Assembly: GCA_044341215.1 (NCBI GenBank)
Contig: JBIISC010000003.1
Location: forward strand, 3,203-67,202
Reading direction: 5' to 3'
Source of the DNA: Candidatus Nanopelagicales bacterium
Lineage (GTDB): Bacteria; Actinomycetota; Actinomycetes; S36-B12; UBA5976
Length of the DNA: 64,000 nt
The number at the start of each line of letters is the position of its first letter. Positions within the stretch are counted from its first letter, which is position 1. The notes beneath the pieces are model-generated. The model saw only the letters and a list, made by a program, of their open reading frames with translations. It made no database searches and was not told the origin of the DNA. Positions 46,851-55,226 of the stretch are shown here, one piece after another. A program made the position numbers and the translations under genes.

Positions 46851-48299
46851 ATGTCAAGAGCAGCAATGTTCAAGAACGCAGCAGAAATCCTGAAGTTCAT
46901 CAAGGACGAAAAAATCGTATTTATCGATGTTCGTTTTTGCGATCTTCCAGGTGTAATGCAGCATTTCAATGTGCCTGCCGCATCGTTCAACGAAAAATCA
47001 TTTGAAGATGGATTCATGTTTGACGGTTCGTCAATTCGTGGATTCCAAACAATCAACGAATCAGATATGAAGCTCATCCCTGATGTTACTTCCGCATTCG
47101 TCGATCCATTCCGCAAAGAAAAAACACTTGTTGTTAATTTCTCTGTCGTTGACCCTTACACAAATGCGCCATACAGCCGCGACCCTCGTGGTGTTGCAGC
47201 GAAAGCTGAGGCGTACTTGCGTTCAACCGGAATTGCCGACACAGTTTTCTTCGGACCTGAAGCAGAGTTTTACATGTTTGATTCTGCACGTTTCAAGACC
47301 GGACCAAATCACAGCGTTTACGAAGTAGATTCAATCGAAGGCGCATGGAATACTGGAAATGAATTTGAAGATGACGGTACCCGCAACCGCGGTTACAAGA
47401 CTCGTCTAAAGGGCGGATACTTCCCAGTTTCTCCAGTTGATCAATATGCAGACCTTCGCGACCAAATGGTTGTTAAGTTGAGTGAAGTTGGTTTAGAAAT
47501 AGAACGCTCACACCACGAAGTTGGTACAGCGGGACAGATGGAAATCAACTACACATTTAACAGTTTGATGAATGCAGCTGACGAAGTGATGTTGTTCAAA
47601 TACGTTATTAAGAACACTGCATGGGAAGCCGGTAAGACTGTAACCTTTATGCCAAAACCACTTTTCCAGGACAACGGTTCAGGCATGCATTGCCACCAGT
47701 CACTTTGGAAAGATGGTAAGCCTTTGTTCTTCGACGAAGCTGGCTACGGCGGACTTTCCGATTTAGCACGTTGGTACATTGGTGGTCTTCTCCATCACGC
47801 GCCGTCACTTCTGGCGTTCACCAATCCAACAGTTAACTCATTCCACCGTTTGGTTCCAGGTTACGAAGCTCCAGTGAACTTGGTTTACTCGGCTCGAAAT
47901 CGTTCTGCTTGCATCCGCATTCCAGTGACCGGAAGCAATCCAAAAGCCAAGCGCATCGAATTCCGCGTGCCAGATCCATCAGCTAATCCATACCTTGCGT
48001 TCGCTGCAATGTTGATGGCCGGTCTTGATGGTATTAAGAACAAGATCGAACCACCACTTCCAGTGGATAAAGACCTTTACGAATTGCCACCAGAAGAAGC
48101 TGCAGCAATTCCACAGGTTCCAGGTTCTTTAACTGAAGTTCTTGATGCCCTTGAAGCAGACCACGACTACTTGCTAGCAGGTGGCGTATTTACCCCAGAT
48201 CTAATCGAGACCTGGGTGGAATACAAGCGCAAGAGCGAAGTTGATTACGTTCGTTTGCGTCCACATCCAGCAGAGTTCGAGCTCTACTACGACATCTAA
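46851..48299 (+). CDS. glnA: glutamine synthetase type I (GlnA1-like, adenylylation-site Tyr present)
   Basis: 482 aa with GSI motifs ([37 protein letters not shown]). Adenylylation loop [10 protein letters not shown] is present. Confidence 0.95.
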   Translation: MSRAAMFKNAAEILKFIKDEKIVFIDVRFCDLPGVMQHFNVPAASFNEKSFEDGFMFDGSSIRGFQTINESDMKLIPDVTSAFVDPFRKEKTLVVNFSVVDPYTNAPYSRDPRGVAAKAEAYLRSTGIADTVFFGPEAEFYMFDSARFKTGPNHSVYEVDSIEGAWNTGNEFEDDGTRNRGYKTRLKGGYFPVSPVDQYADLRDQMVVKLSEVGLEIERSHHEVGTAGQMEINYTFNSLMNAADEVMLFKYVIKNTAWEAGKTVTFMPKPLFQDNGSGMHCHQSLWKDGKPLFFDEAGYGGLSDLARWYIGGLLHHAPSLLAFTNPTVNSFHRLVPGYEAPVNLVYSARNRSACIRIPVTGSNPKAKRIEFRVPDPSANPYLAFAAMLMAGLDGIKNKIEPPLPVDKDLYELPPEEAAAIPQVPGSLTEVLDALEADHDYLLAGGVFTPDLIETWVEYKRKSEVDYVRLRPHPAEFELYYDI

Positions 48300-48313
48300 G
48301 CCTCTAGGCTCAC

Positions 48314-48350
48314 AAAAACCCCGTCAGATACTTGGCGGGGTTTTTGCTTT
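48314..48350 (+). terminator. intrinsic terminator downstream of glnA
   Basis: AAAAACCCCG (48314-48323) pairs with CGGGGTTTTT (48336-48345), followed by GCTTTATT. Confidence 0.85.
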
Positions 48351-48486
48351 ATTCGTGCCATTAAGCGCTCTCAGCCTGCCCTTAAATACTCTCAAAGTGC
48401 TTGCAAAATCAAGCGCCTATCTGCAATTTTGTGAGTAAAAAAGTGACACGATTGCTAACCTACGGTTGCGTAGGTTTCTAGGTAAT

Positions 48487-49953
48487 ATGCCGCCTATGAC
48501 TTTTGCAACCACCCCAGAATTGGTCTCACCCATTAGTGGGCGCACCCCGAGAATCATTCAAGGCGGAATGGGCGTAGCGGTTTCTTCTTACGAACTTGCA
48601 AACGCTGTTGCTCAAACTGGTGAAATGGGAGTCGTATCTGGCACCGCACTAGATGTTGTGCTCGCGCGTCGACTTCAAAATGGAGACTTCAATGGCGACA
48701 TCCGTCGCGCTCTTGCAGCTTTCCCAGATCAAGAGATGGCGCAAAATATTCAAAAAACTTTCTACCGTGAAAACGGAAGAGCAGATAAACCAACATATCG
48801 TCCTGCTACAAAACTTTCATTAGTTCCTGCTAAAAAAACCTGGGAACTGCTTGCGGTTTCGGCATTCGTTGAAGTTTGGTTGGCTAAAGAAGGTCATGAA
48901 GGACTTGTCGGTATTAACCTTCTTGAAAAAATTCAACTTTCTACACTTGGCACTTTGTACGGAGCGATGCTTGCCGGCGTCGATGCAGTATTGATGGGCG
49001 CTGGCATTCCAGCTGAAATTCCTGGCGCACTCAACAAGTTTCAAAATAACGAAGAAGCCGCACTTGATATCGACGTTGCAGGTTCAACCATTAATTACAA
49101 AATGACTTTTGATCCAAAAACTTTAGGTCCAATCTTGCCAGCACCTTTGAAACGACCATTTTTTATCGCTATCATCACAACTCACGTTCTAGCTATGCAC
49201 TTGTCGAAAAATCCTGCAACCAAACCTGACGGATTCGTTGTTGAAAGACCGGATGCTGGCGGACACAACGCACCACCGCGTGGCAGAGTTGAATACAACG
49301 AAGAAGGCGAACCGATTTACGGTGCCCGAGATGAAGTAGATTACGAAAAACTTCGCGCAGTTGGACTTCCGTTTTGGATGGCCGGTGGATATTCGGTGCC
49401 TGAAAAACTTTTAGAGGCAAAAGACATCGGAGCTTGCGGCATCCAAGTTGGTTCACTATTTGCAGCTTCAAATGAGTCTGGAATTTTGCGAGAACTTAAA
49501 GATGAGTTACTAGCCGACCTACTTGACTCGGAATTCAAAGTTAAGACTGATGCAAAAGCATCTCCAACAGGCTTCCCTTTCAAGGTTGCTGCTGTTCAAA
49601 ACACTATTGCTAAGCAAGAAGTTTATGAAGCTCGTCCTCGACTATGCGATCTTGGATATTTGCGTGAACCATTCGAACGCGAACCAAACACACTAAGTTA
49701 CCGCTGCTCGGCTGAACCAGTGGATGCATTCCTCGACAAGGGCGGCGACATAAGCGAAACAGTCGGACGTAAATGCCTTTGCAATGGACTTCTTTCAACC
49801 GTGGGTATGGGACAGATTCGCCCAGATGGTTATGAAGAACCAGTTCTTGTTACCTTTGGTAGCGACTTGAAAGGCCCGCGTGAACTTATCAAGATTCACC
49901 CAAAGGGTTGGTCGGTTCAAAATGTGGTTGATTTCTTAAGTTCAAAAGCTTAA
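48487..49953 (+). CDS. nitronate monooxygenase (NMO/2-nitropropane dioxygenase-like) family FMN oxidoreductase
   Basis: RIIQGGMGVAVSSYELANAVAQTGEMGVVSG N-terminal block and a GAGIPAE block. Start set at ATG 48487; the ORF is open from 48466 through an 8-bp-stem hairpin. Confidence 0.7.
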   Translation: MPPMTFATTPELVSPISGRTPRIIQGGMGVAVSSYELANAVAQTGEMGVVSGTALDVVLARRLQNGDFNGDIRRALAAFPDQEMAQNIQKTFYRENGRADKPTYRPATKLSLVPAKKTWELLAVSAFVEVWLAKEGHEGLVGINLLEKIQLSTLGTLYGAMLAGVDAVLMGAGIPAEIPGALNKFQNNEEAALDIDVAGSTINYKMTFDPKTLGPILPAPLKRPFFIAIITTHVLAMHLSKNPATKPDGFVVERPDAGGHNAPPRGRVEYNEEGEPIYGARDEVDYEKLRAVGLPFWMAGGYSVPEKLLEAKDIGACGIQVGSLFAASNESGILRELKDELLADLLDSEFKVKTDAKASPTGFPFKVAAVQNTIAKQEVYEARPRLCDLGYLREPFEREPNTLSYRCSAEPVDAFLDKGGDISETVGRKCLCNGLLSTVGMGQIRPDGYEEPVLVTFGSDLKGPRELIKIHPKGWSVQNVVDFLSSKA

Positions 49954-49965
49954 GGGTTTAAAAGC

Positions 49966-50808
49966 TTAAGGACGATTCAAGTGTTCGAGCGCTGCTTGGA
50001 CTACATGCGCTACCCCGCCATCGTCATTTGACGGCACAATTAAATCTGCTACATCGTGCACATGCGGATGAGCATTTTCAACTGCAAATGAAAAACCTGC
50101 CCAGCCCAACATTTCAATATCGTTGAACAAATCTCCAACTGCAAAAACATCTTCCTGAGCAATTCCTTGCATCTCGGCAATTTCCGCCACCCCGGTGGCT
50201 TTAGAAATGCCTCGGTTGCAAATGTCTATGAAAGTTTTGTCCGAATGTATTCGCACACATGTTACTTCTGGTAAAAATTCCTTTACGTCCTTATAAGTTG
50301 AGTCAGTCGTGCCATCCGCGTCTATGTAGACACTGAGTTTCACAATGCCACCAGCATTAATCTCGGTTGAAATATCGTCTACAAAGTTTGCGCCATCAAG
50401 CGCCCAGGCCCAAGGCGCTTCAAAGCCGGTTTCGGCAATAATCTTGTAAGAACTGCTTATTGGCCCAACTTCAACTCTGTCAAATAGAAATTTTGCCCCA
50501 GCAAATTCTGAACGAAGTTTTGCAATAACTGTCTTGAGCAAATCTTCACTCATTGGATGAGTTCGAACAACGGTCTGAGTTGCCAAATCAACTAAGGAAC
50601 TTCCATCATTGCATACCGCAAACCAGTGATGGCCAACCATTTGCGCTACTGGCAAAATATCGATTGGCGAACGGCCAGTTGCGAATACCACTGGAATTCC
50701 AGCGGCAATTGCTTGATGAACTGCGGAAATAGCATCTGGATGCGGGGCTTGTGAACCTGTAGTTAGAAGAGTTCCATCGAGATCAGTCGCAATTAAAGGC
50801 CTAGGCAC
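49966..50808 (-). CDS. HAD-superfamily (Cof-type) phosphatase
   Basis: HAD motif I, IATDLDGTLL, directly follows the GTG at 50808. Also contains FATGRS and GDLFNDIEM motifs. The ORF is open to 50886, but that extension overlaps the divergent GNAT ORF. Confidence 0.75.
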   Translation of the reverse strand: MPRPLIATDLDGTLLTTGSQAPHPDAISAVHQAIAAGIPVVFATGRSPIDILPVAQMVGHHWFAVCNDGSSLVDLATQTVVRTHPMSEDLLKTVIAKLRSEFAGAKFLFDRVEVGPISSSYKIIAETGFEAPWAWALDGANFVDDISTEINAGGIVKLSVYIDADGTTDSTYKDVKEFLPEVTCVRIHSDKTFIDICNRGISKATGVAEIAEMQGIAQEDVFAVGDLFNDIEMLGWAGFSFAVENAHPHVHDVADLIVPSNDDGGVAHVVQAALEHLNRP

Positions 50809-50835
50809 GGCGTGAGTGTGCCATAGCCTTGGGAC

Positions 50836-51324
50836 ATGCGTAATCAACCTACTGGCGGTTCTCTTTTTAGACCAGCGGTAGAACACGTGTCATCATTTAG
50901 AGATCTACTACACGATGAAGCCCTACGGGGTCAGGCCAAAGAATGGGACCTACCATTTGATACACCTGAATTAATCTTGCATAAACACATTGCATCTCTA
51001 GACCACACCCATTATTGGTGGATTGATGCAGGAGTTGTTGTGGGTCGAATTCGCTTACGAGATATTGCGGAAAGTGATTTCTACCAAACCCATGGTGATG
51101 TTGGATATGAAGTTCGCCCTACCCATCAAGGCCGGGGATATGCAACCCAAATGCTCAAAGATCTTCTAACTAGAGCCCGAGAAGTTGAACGCACTCACCT
51201 ACTAATCACTTGCCGCACAAGTAATCAACCTTCGCGCAAAGTTATTGAGAAATGTGGTGGAGTTTTGCGCGACCTTTACCAAGATGATTTCCTGCGCTAT
51301 GACTTTGAACTTGATAGCAAGTAA
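50836..51324 (+). CDS. GNAT-family N-acetyltransferase
   Basis: The acetyl-CoA-binding block is recognisable (HQGRGYATQMLKDLL) and the C-terminus has SNQPSRKVIEKCGG. The start is uncertain; GTG 50887 is possible. Confidence 0.65.
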   Translation: MRNQPTGGSLFRPAVEHVSSFRDLLHDEALRGQAKEWDLPFDTPELILHKHIASLDHTHYWWIDAGVVVGRIRLRDIAESDFYQTHGDVGYEVRPTHQGRGYATQMLKDLLTRAREVERTHLLITCRTSNQPSRKVIEKCGGVLRDLYQDDFLRYDFELDSK

Positions 51325-51355
51325 ATACTTTCAACTTGATAGCTAATAAGCCAAC

Positions 51356-51568
51356 TTACAAGTAGTTTTCTTTCCGAAACACCGCAACGATTGCATTTGC
51401 ATGTCCATGACCGATTTCAAACTCTGTTTTGAGATGGGCTACTTGTTCCATGTGGGTAGGTTTTGAAACTTTCTCCAGTTCCTTCATCCAAAACTCAATT
51501 GGCTTGCCATATTTCTTTTCAATTGATGGGAAATACGAAGCTGGGCCAGTTATTTTCTTTTCTACCAT
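51356..51568 (-). CDS. DUF4287-family small protein
   Basis: 70 aa, ...SYFPSIEKKYGKPIEFWMKEL...HLKTEFEIGHGHANAIV... This matches my recollection of DUF4287. Confidence 0.6.
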   Translation of the reverse strand: MVEKKITGPASYFPSIEKKYGKPIEFWMKELEKVSKPTHMEQVAHLKTEFEIGHGHANAIVAVFRKENYL

Positions 51569-51617
51569 AGGAGAAATATAGGTAATTGCTCCAGTTGGTT
51601 GCTAGTGATCACAAAAT

Positions 51618-51652
51618 GGGCAAAAATCGGGACTTTTGCCCTTATTCTTTTG
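51618..51652 (+). promoter_or_regulatory. hairpin plus T-rich tract inside a divergent promoter region
   Basis: GGGCAAAA (51618-51625) pairs with TTTTGCCC (51634-51641), then TTATTCTTTTG. It ends 27 nt upstream of ATG 51679. Confidence 0.3.
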
Positions 51653-51678
51653 CGTGTCAGAGTCCTTAGGTTTAAGCC

Positions 51679-52254
51679 ATGAACAGAAAAACATTAGACA
51701 AAATGGTTAGTTACCTAGGTCTTGCACTTGCAGGCCTTTTAGTAGTTGCAGGATATTTGGCCCAAACTGGCTACTCCTTCGCAAACACCTCAGTTAATGA
51801 ACAGCTTGTTGAACAAAACATTGACTTTCCTGCTTCCGATTTCGCACCAGTTGCGGGCGAAGGTGGATTCACCCAGGCAGACGTTGATGCTCTAGCACCA
51901 TTTATTGGTACCAAATTGTCAAGTGGCGATGGCGCAAAAGCCTACGCAGACCATTACATCAAAGTACATATGAATGGCATTGGTGGCGGCAAGACTTATT
52001 CTGAAATCAGTGGCGAATACCGAACAGCACTCGCAACTGCTCCGACTGCACCAGAGACAACAGCTTTGGGTGAACAACGCATGACAATGTTCATGGGTGA
52101 CACTCTTCGCGGCCTTCTACTTGAGGCATATGCTTTTTGGACCATCGGACAGATCGCCCTCATCGCTTCATACGCCTGCTACTTGGGTGCAGTAGTGATG
52201 TTCGCCTTAGCTTTGTTTGGCTTCCGCCACGCAAAGGCAGTTGAAGCTGCATAG
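51679..52254 (+). CDS. two-TM membrane protein of unknown function
   Basis: 191 aa with an N-terminal TM (VSYLGLALAGLLVVAGYL), a ~120-aa exposed domain and a C-terminal double hydrophobic segment. Confidence 0.55.
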   Translation: MNRKTLDKMVSYLGLALAGLLVVAGYLAQTGYSFANTSVNEQLVEQNIDFPASDFAPVAGEGGFTQADVDALAPFIGTKLSSGDGAKAYADHYIKVHMNGIGGGKTYSEISGEYRTALATAPTAPETTALGEQRMTMFMGDTLRGLLLEAYAFWTIGQIALIASYACYLGAVVMFALALFGFRHAKAVEAA

Positions 52255-52271
52255 CAATACCTCTCCCCTAT

Positions 52272-52310
52272 GAGTGAGGGTCGCAGTTAATGCGACCCTC
52301 ACTCTACTTT
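52272..52310 (+). terminator. strong hairpin downstream of the 51679..52254 gene
   Basis: A perfect 13-bp stem: GAGTGAGGGTCGC (52272-52284) pairs with GCGACCCTCACTC (52292-52304) across a 7-nt loop. It is followed by TACTTTTAG. Confidence 0.65.
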
Positions 52311-52336
52311 TAGTTGCACCCGCTAACCTTGGGCAA

Positions 52337-53542
52337 ATGCAGGAATATAGAGATTTGCTACGTCTTCCAGGTGCACTTCGCCTGATGCTTTCATCTCTAC
52401 CTCCGCGCACCGCGTATGGAATGGTTGGGTTAGCACTCTTTTTCCACATTCTCGATATCACAAATAGCCTTTCATCCGCTGGTTTTGTGATTGGGGCCCA
52501 AACTCTGGTTTCATCATTAACTGCTGGTTTTCGTGGACATGCAATTGATCGATGGGGACAAACCAAGCCGCTACTTATTTTGGTTCCGCTTTATACAATT
52601 TCTACAATTGCGTTGGCATATTTTGCGACCGATTTGCTAAGCTCAATATTGCTAGCCATGGTGATGGGGCTGGTATCTCCACCAATCAATTTGAGTATGC
52701 GACCACTTTGGGTCTTAGTTGCAGGGCAAGAAAGAATTCGTACTGCATACGCACTTGATTCAACAATTTTGAATGTGACAAGTCTGATCGGCCCAGCAAT
52801 TGGCACTTGGTTGGCATTGCATTTCTCTGGTCGAGTCGCATTAACCACAACCGCAATCTTGATGTTGGCCGGCGGGACTTTGCTTTTATCAAATCCGATC
52901 TCCAAACGCTGGGTTCCAGAAGAAAAAGTTGAAGGCGAAAAAGGAATCTTTAGATCGCCCGCTATGCGAGTTCTAGCCATGGAAGCGGTACTGATCGGTT
53001 TGGGATATGGGCTACTCGATGTTGCGGTCCCTGCGCGTGCGACGATTCAAGATCTAGCTGGTTGGGCAGCACCTTCACTCGCGGCAGTTGCATTGGGTGG
53101 AATTTTGGGAGGCTTGTATGCCGGTTCGAGGCTTAAACATCTGGTTCCTCTACGCGGTCTATATAAAACTCAATACGCATTTTCAATAATTGCATTACCG
53201 CTTTTCTTAATGCCAGCAGGTTTGCCCACAACAACTTTGATGTTTGTTATCGGATTACCTCTCGGAGCTGCTCAAGTTTTCTATCTCGAGGTAGTCGACA
53301 TCGTTCGTCCCCGAGGTGCTGCAGTTGCTTCGCTTGGTTCTATCTGGTTCATAGAAGGTTCCGCAGCGGCCCTTGGCAATTCTTTATCTGGCATCGTTGC
53401 CGAAAATTCTCGTGAATACGGACCTTCCTATGCGCTTATCATTAGCAGCACACTATTTATATTGTCAGCATTTACTTTACATAGGTCGGCAAAGGGTTCT
53501 CTAAAACCCGCTATGAGCCATGTTAGAGAAACGGCAGATTAG
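52337..53542 (+). CDS. MFS transporter
   Basis: ~12 TM segments. Start moved to ATG 52337 because the ORF-track start at 52274 lies inside the terminator hairpin. Confidence 0.75.
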   Translation: MQEYRDLLRLPGALRLMLSSLPPRTAYGMVGLALFFHILDITNSLSSAGFVIGAQTLVSSLTAGFRGHAIDRWGQTKPLLILVPLYTISTIALAYFATDLLSSILLAMVMGLVSPPINLSMRPLWVLVAGQERIRTAYALDSTILNVTSLIGPAIGTWLALHFSGRVALTTTAILMLAGGTLLLSNPISKRWVPEEKVEGEKGIFRSPAMRVLAMEAVLIGLGYGLLDVAVPARATIQDLAGWAAPSLAAVALGGILGGLYAGSRLKHLVPLRGLYKTQYAFSIIALPLFLMPAGLPTTTLMFVIGLPLGAAQVFYLEVVDIVRPRGAAVASLGSIWFIEGSAAALGNSLSGIVAENSREYGPSYALIISSTLFILSAFTLHRSAKGSLKPAMSHVRETAD

Positions 53543-54447
53543 TTGTCGTAAGTTCCGGACTCAATAGCTTTAAGCGATGCAATTCTTTCGCTAAGTGGTG
53601 GATGGGTTGCAAACAATTTGCTAGTAAACGAAGAATCCAATGGTGATTCAATCCAAACATGCGCAACCGATGTAGAACGCTGGCGAACAACTGTTGAGTC
53701 TTTTTCTAGCTGCTCTAATGCGCGGCGAAGGCCGGCAGGATTTCTAGTGAATTCCACTCCAGTGGCATCAGCTAATGATTCACGATTTCGCGAAATTGCA
53801 CTACGCAAAAGCATTGCTGCAAGTGGAGCCAAAATGATGACAATCACAACACCGATAAGGGCAATTGGGTTTGCATTACGGTCACGATCTCTGCCGCCAC
53901 CAAACCAAAGAATTCGGCTAACCATGTCACTCATGAGTGCAATTGCACCAGCTGTGGTTGCGGCAACGGCAGATACCAAAGTGTCTCTGTTCGCCACATG
54001 TGCCATTTCGTGAGCGGCAACACCTTGCAACTGCTCACGGTCCATGACGCGCAATATTCCAGTTGTAAAGGCGATAACAGCATGTTCAGGGTCTCTGCCT
54101 GTGGCAAATGCATTTGGAGCATCATCTTCAACTATTGCAACTTTTGGCATTGGCATTCCGGAAGCAATCACTACTTCTTGAACAATGTTGTAAAGCTGCG
54201 GTGCATCACTTTCTTCAATCACACGTGCACCAGTCATTGTCATCACGATGCGATCGCTTGCGTAGTAAGACCACCATGTGCCGCCAACGGAAATGAGAAC
54301 GACGAATGGCACTAAACCAGTAGTCGCCACACCCATGTATAAACCAATTGCATAGACAACGAATGCAGTAAGAGATGCCATCATCGCAATCAGAATAATT
54401 GTTTTGCGTTTGTTAGCAGCTTGCATTGCCTTAAATGAAACAGCCAT
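53539..54447 (-). CDS. htpX: M48-family zinc metalloprotease HtpX
   Basis: HEMAHV zinc motif, four TM segments and C-terminal THPPLSERI. Confidence 0.9.
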   Translation of the reverse strand: MAVSFKAMQAANKRKTIILIAMMASLTAFVVYAIGLYMGVATTGLVPFVVLISVGGTWWSYYASDRIVMTMTGARVIEESDAPQLYNIVQEVVIASGMPMPKVAIVEDDAPNAFATGRDPEHAVIAFTTGILRVMDREQLQGVAAHEMAHVANRDTLVSAVAATTAGAIALMSDMVSRILWFGGGRDRDRNANPIALIGVVIVIILAPLAAMLLRSAISRNRESLADATGVEFTRNPAGLRRALEQLEKDSTVVRQRSTSVAHVWIESPLDSSFTSKLFATHPPLSERIASLKAIESGTYDN

Positions 54448-54454
54448 GAATTAT

Positions 54455-55012
54455 CTAAAACTGAACTTTTGGAGCCTTGCGTGCTTCAGGGTCTTCAATT
54501 TCGTAGAAATCACGTACTGAAACTTTTGCAAGCGGTGCAAAGAACATTCCTGGGATTGCTTGCACAGTTGAATTCAATTGATTAACTGAATCGTTGTAAT
54601 ACTGTCTTGCAAATGCAACTTTATTTTCGGTGCCAGCTAATTCTTCTTGTAGTTGTGAGAAGTTAGCTGATGCCTTTAGATCAGGGTAATCCTCACTAAC
54701 AGCGAGTAAGCCGCGAAGGGCTTGGGTCAACATGCCATCAGCAGCCGATACATCCTGCACGCCTTGAGCAGCTGTTGCTTGGGCGCGAGCTGCAATTACT
54801 TTCTCAAAGGTTTCCTTTTCGTGGGAGGCATAGCCCTTAACGGTTTCGACTAAGTTAGGAATCAAATCCGAGCGTCGTCGAAGCTGAACTTCAATCTGTG
54901 CGAATGCCTCAGAGACGCCATTGTTTAGGCGAATTAGTTTGTTGTATTGAGCAATAGTGACTAGCACTAGTACTCCAAGGATTACCAAAACTGCTATTAA
55001 TAATGTATTCAT
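54455..55012 (-). CDS. lemA: LemA-family membrane protein
   Basis: 185 aa with an N-terminal TM followed by YNKLIRLNNGVSEAFAQIEVQLRRRSDLIPNLV, which is typical of LemA. It lies directly upstream of htpX. Confidence 0.85.
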   Translation of the reverse strand: MNTLLIAVLVILGVLVLVTIAQYNKLIRLNNGVSEAFAQIEVQLRRRSDLIPNLVETVKGYASHEKETFEKVIAARAQATAAQGVQDVSAADGMLTQALRGLLAVSEDYPDLKASANFSQLQEELAGTENKVAFARQYYNDSVNQLNSTVQAIPGMFFAPLAKVSVRDFYEIEDPEARKAPKVQF

Positions 55013-55226
55013 GAGGCCAAGGTACTCCCAGAGCCTCGTAGCGCAACATGAATACGGCTATTGTCCTAATTCCATGCCGTGGGACAAAGGTCAAAGCACT
55101 CTCAGCTCGCTCTTAGGGCGGACTCTGAGAGGATGCAGGCAACACATCCATTACGTGCTTAAACAGGATTTAGGGATTGAAAATTGATGCCGCTCTTAGA
55201 AATGCAGCGCGTAGTACTCGTACCAA

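Noticed and set aside
52207-52566. 119-aa minus-strand ORF, and the 5' extension of the MFS ORF (52274-52336)
   Set aside because: Both run through the perfect 13-bp-stem terminator hairpin at 52272-52304. The MFS gene more plausibly starts at ATG 52337.
55081-55140. A CTGAGA-containing segment checked as a possible TPP riboswitch
   Set aside because: Only the hexamer matches. The flanking conserved TPP-aptamer elements (the ACCTGATCTGGATAATGCCAGCG-like arm) are absent on both strands.
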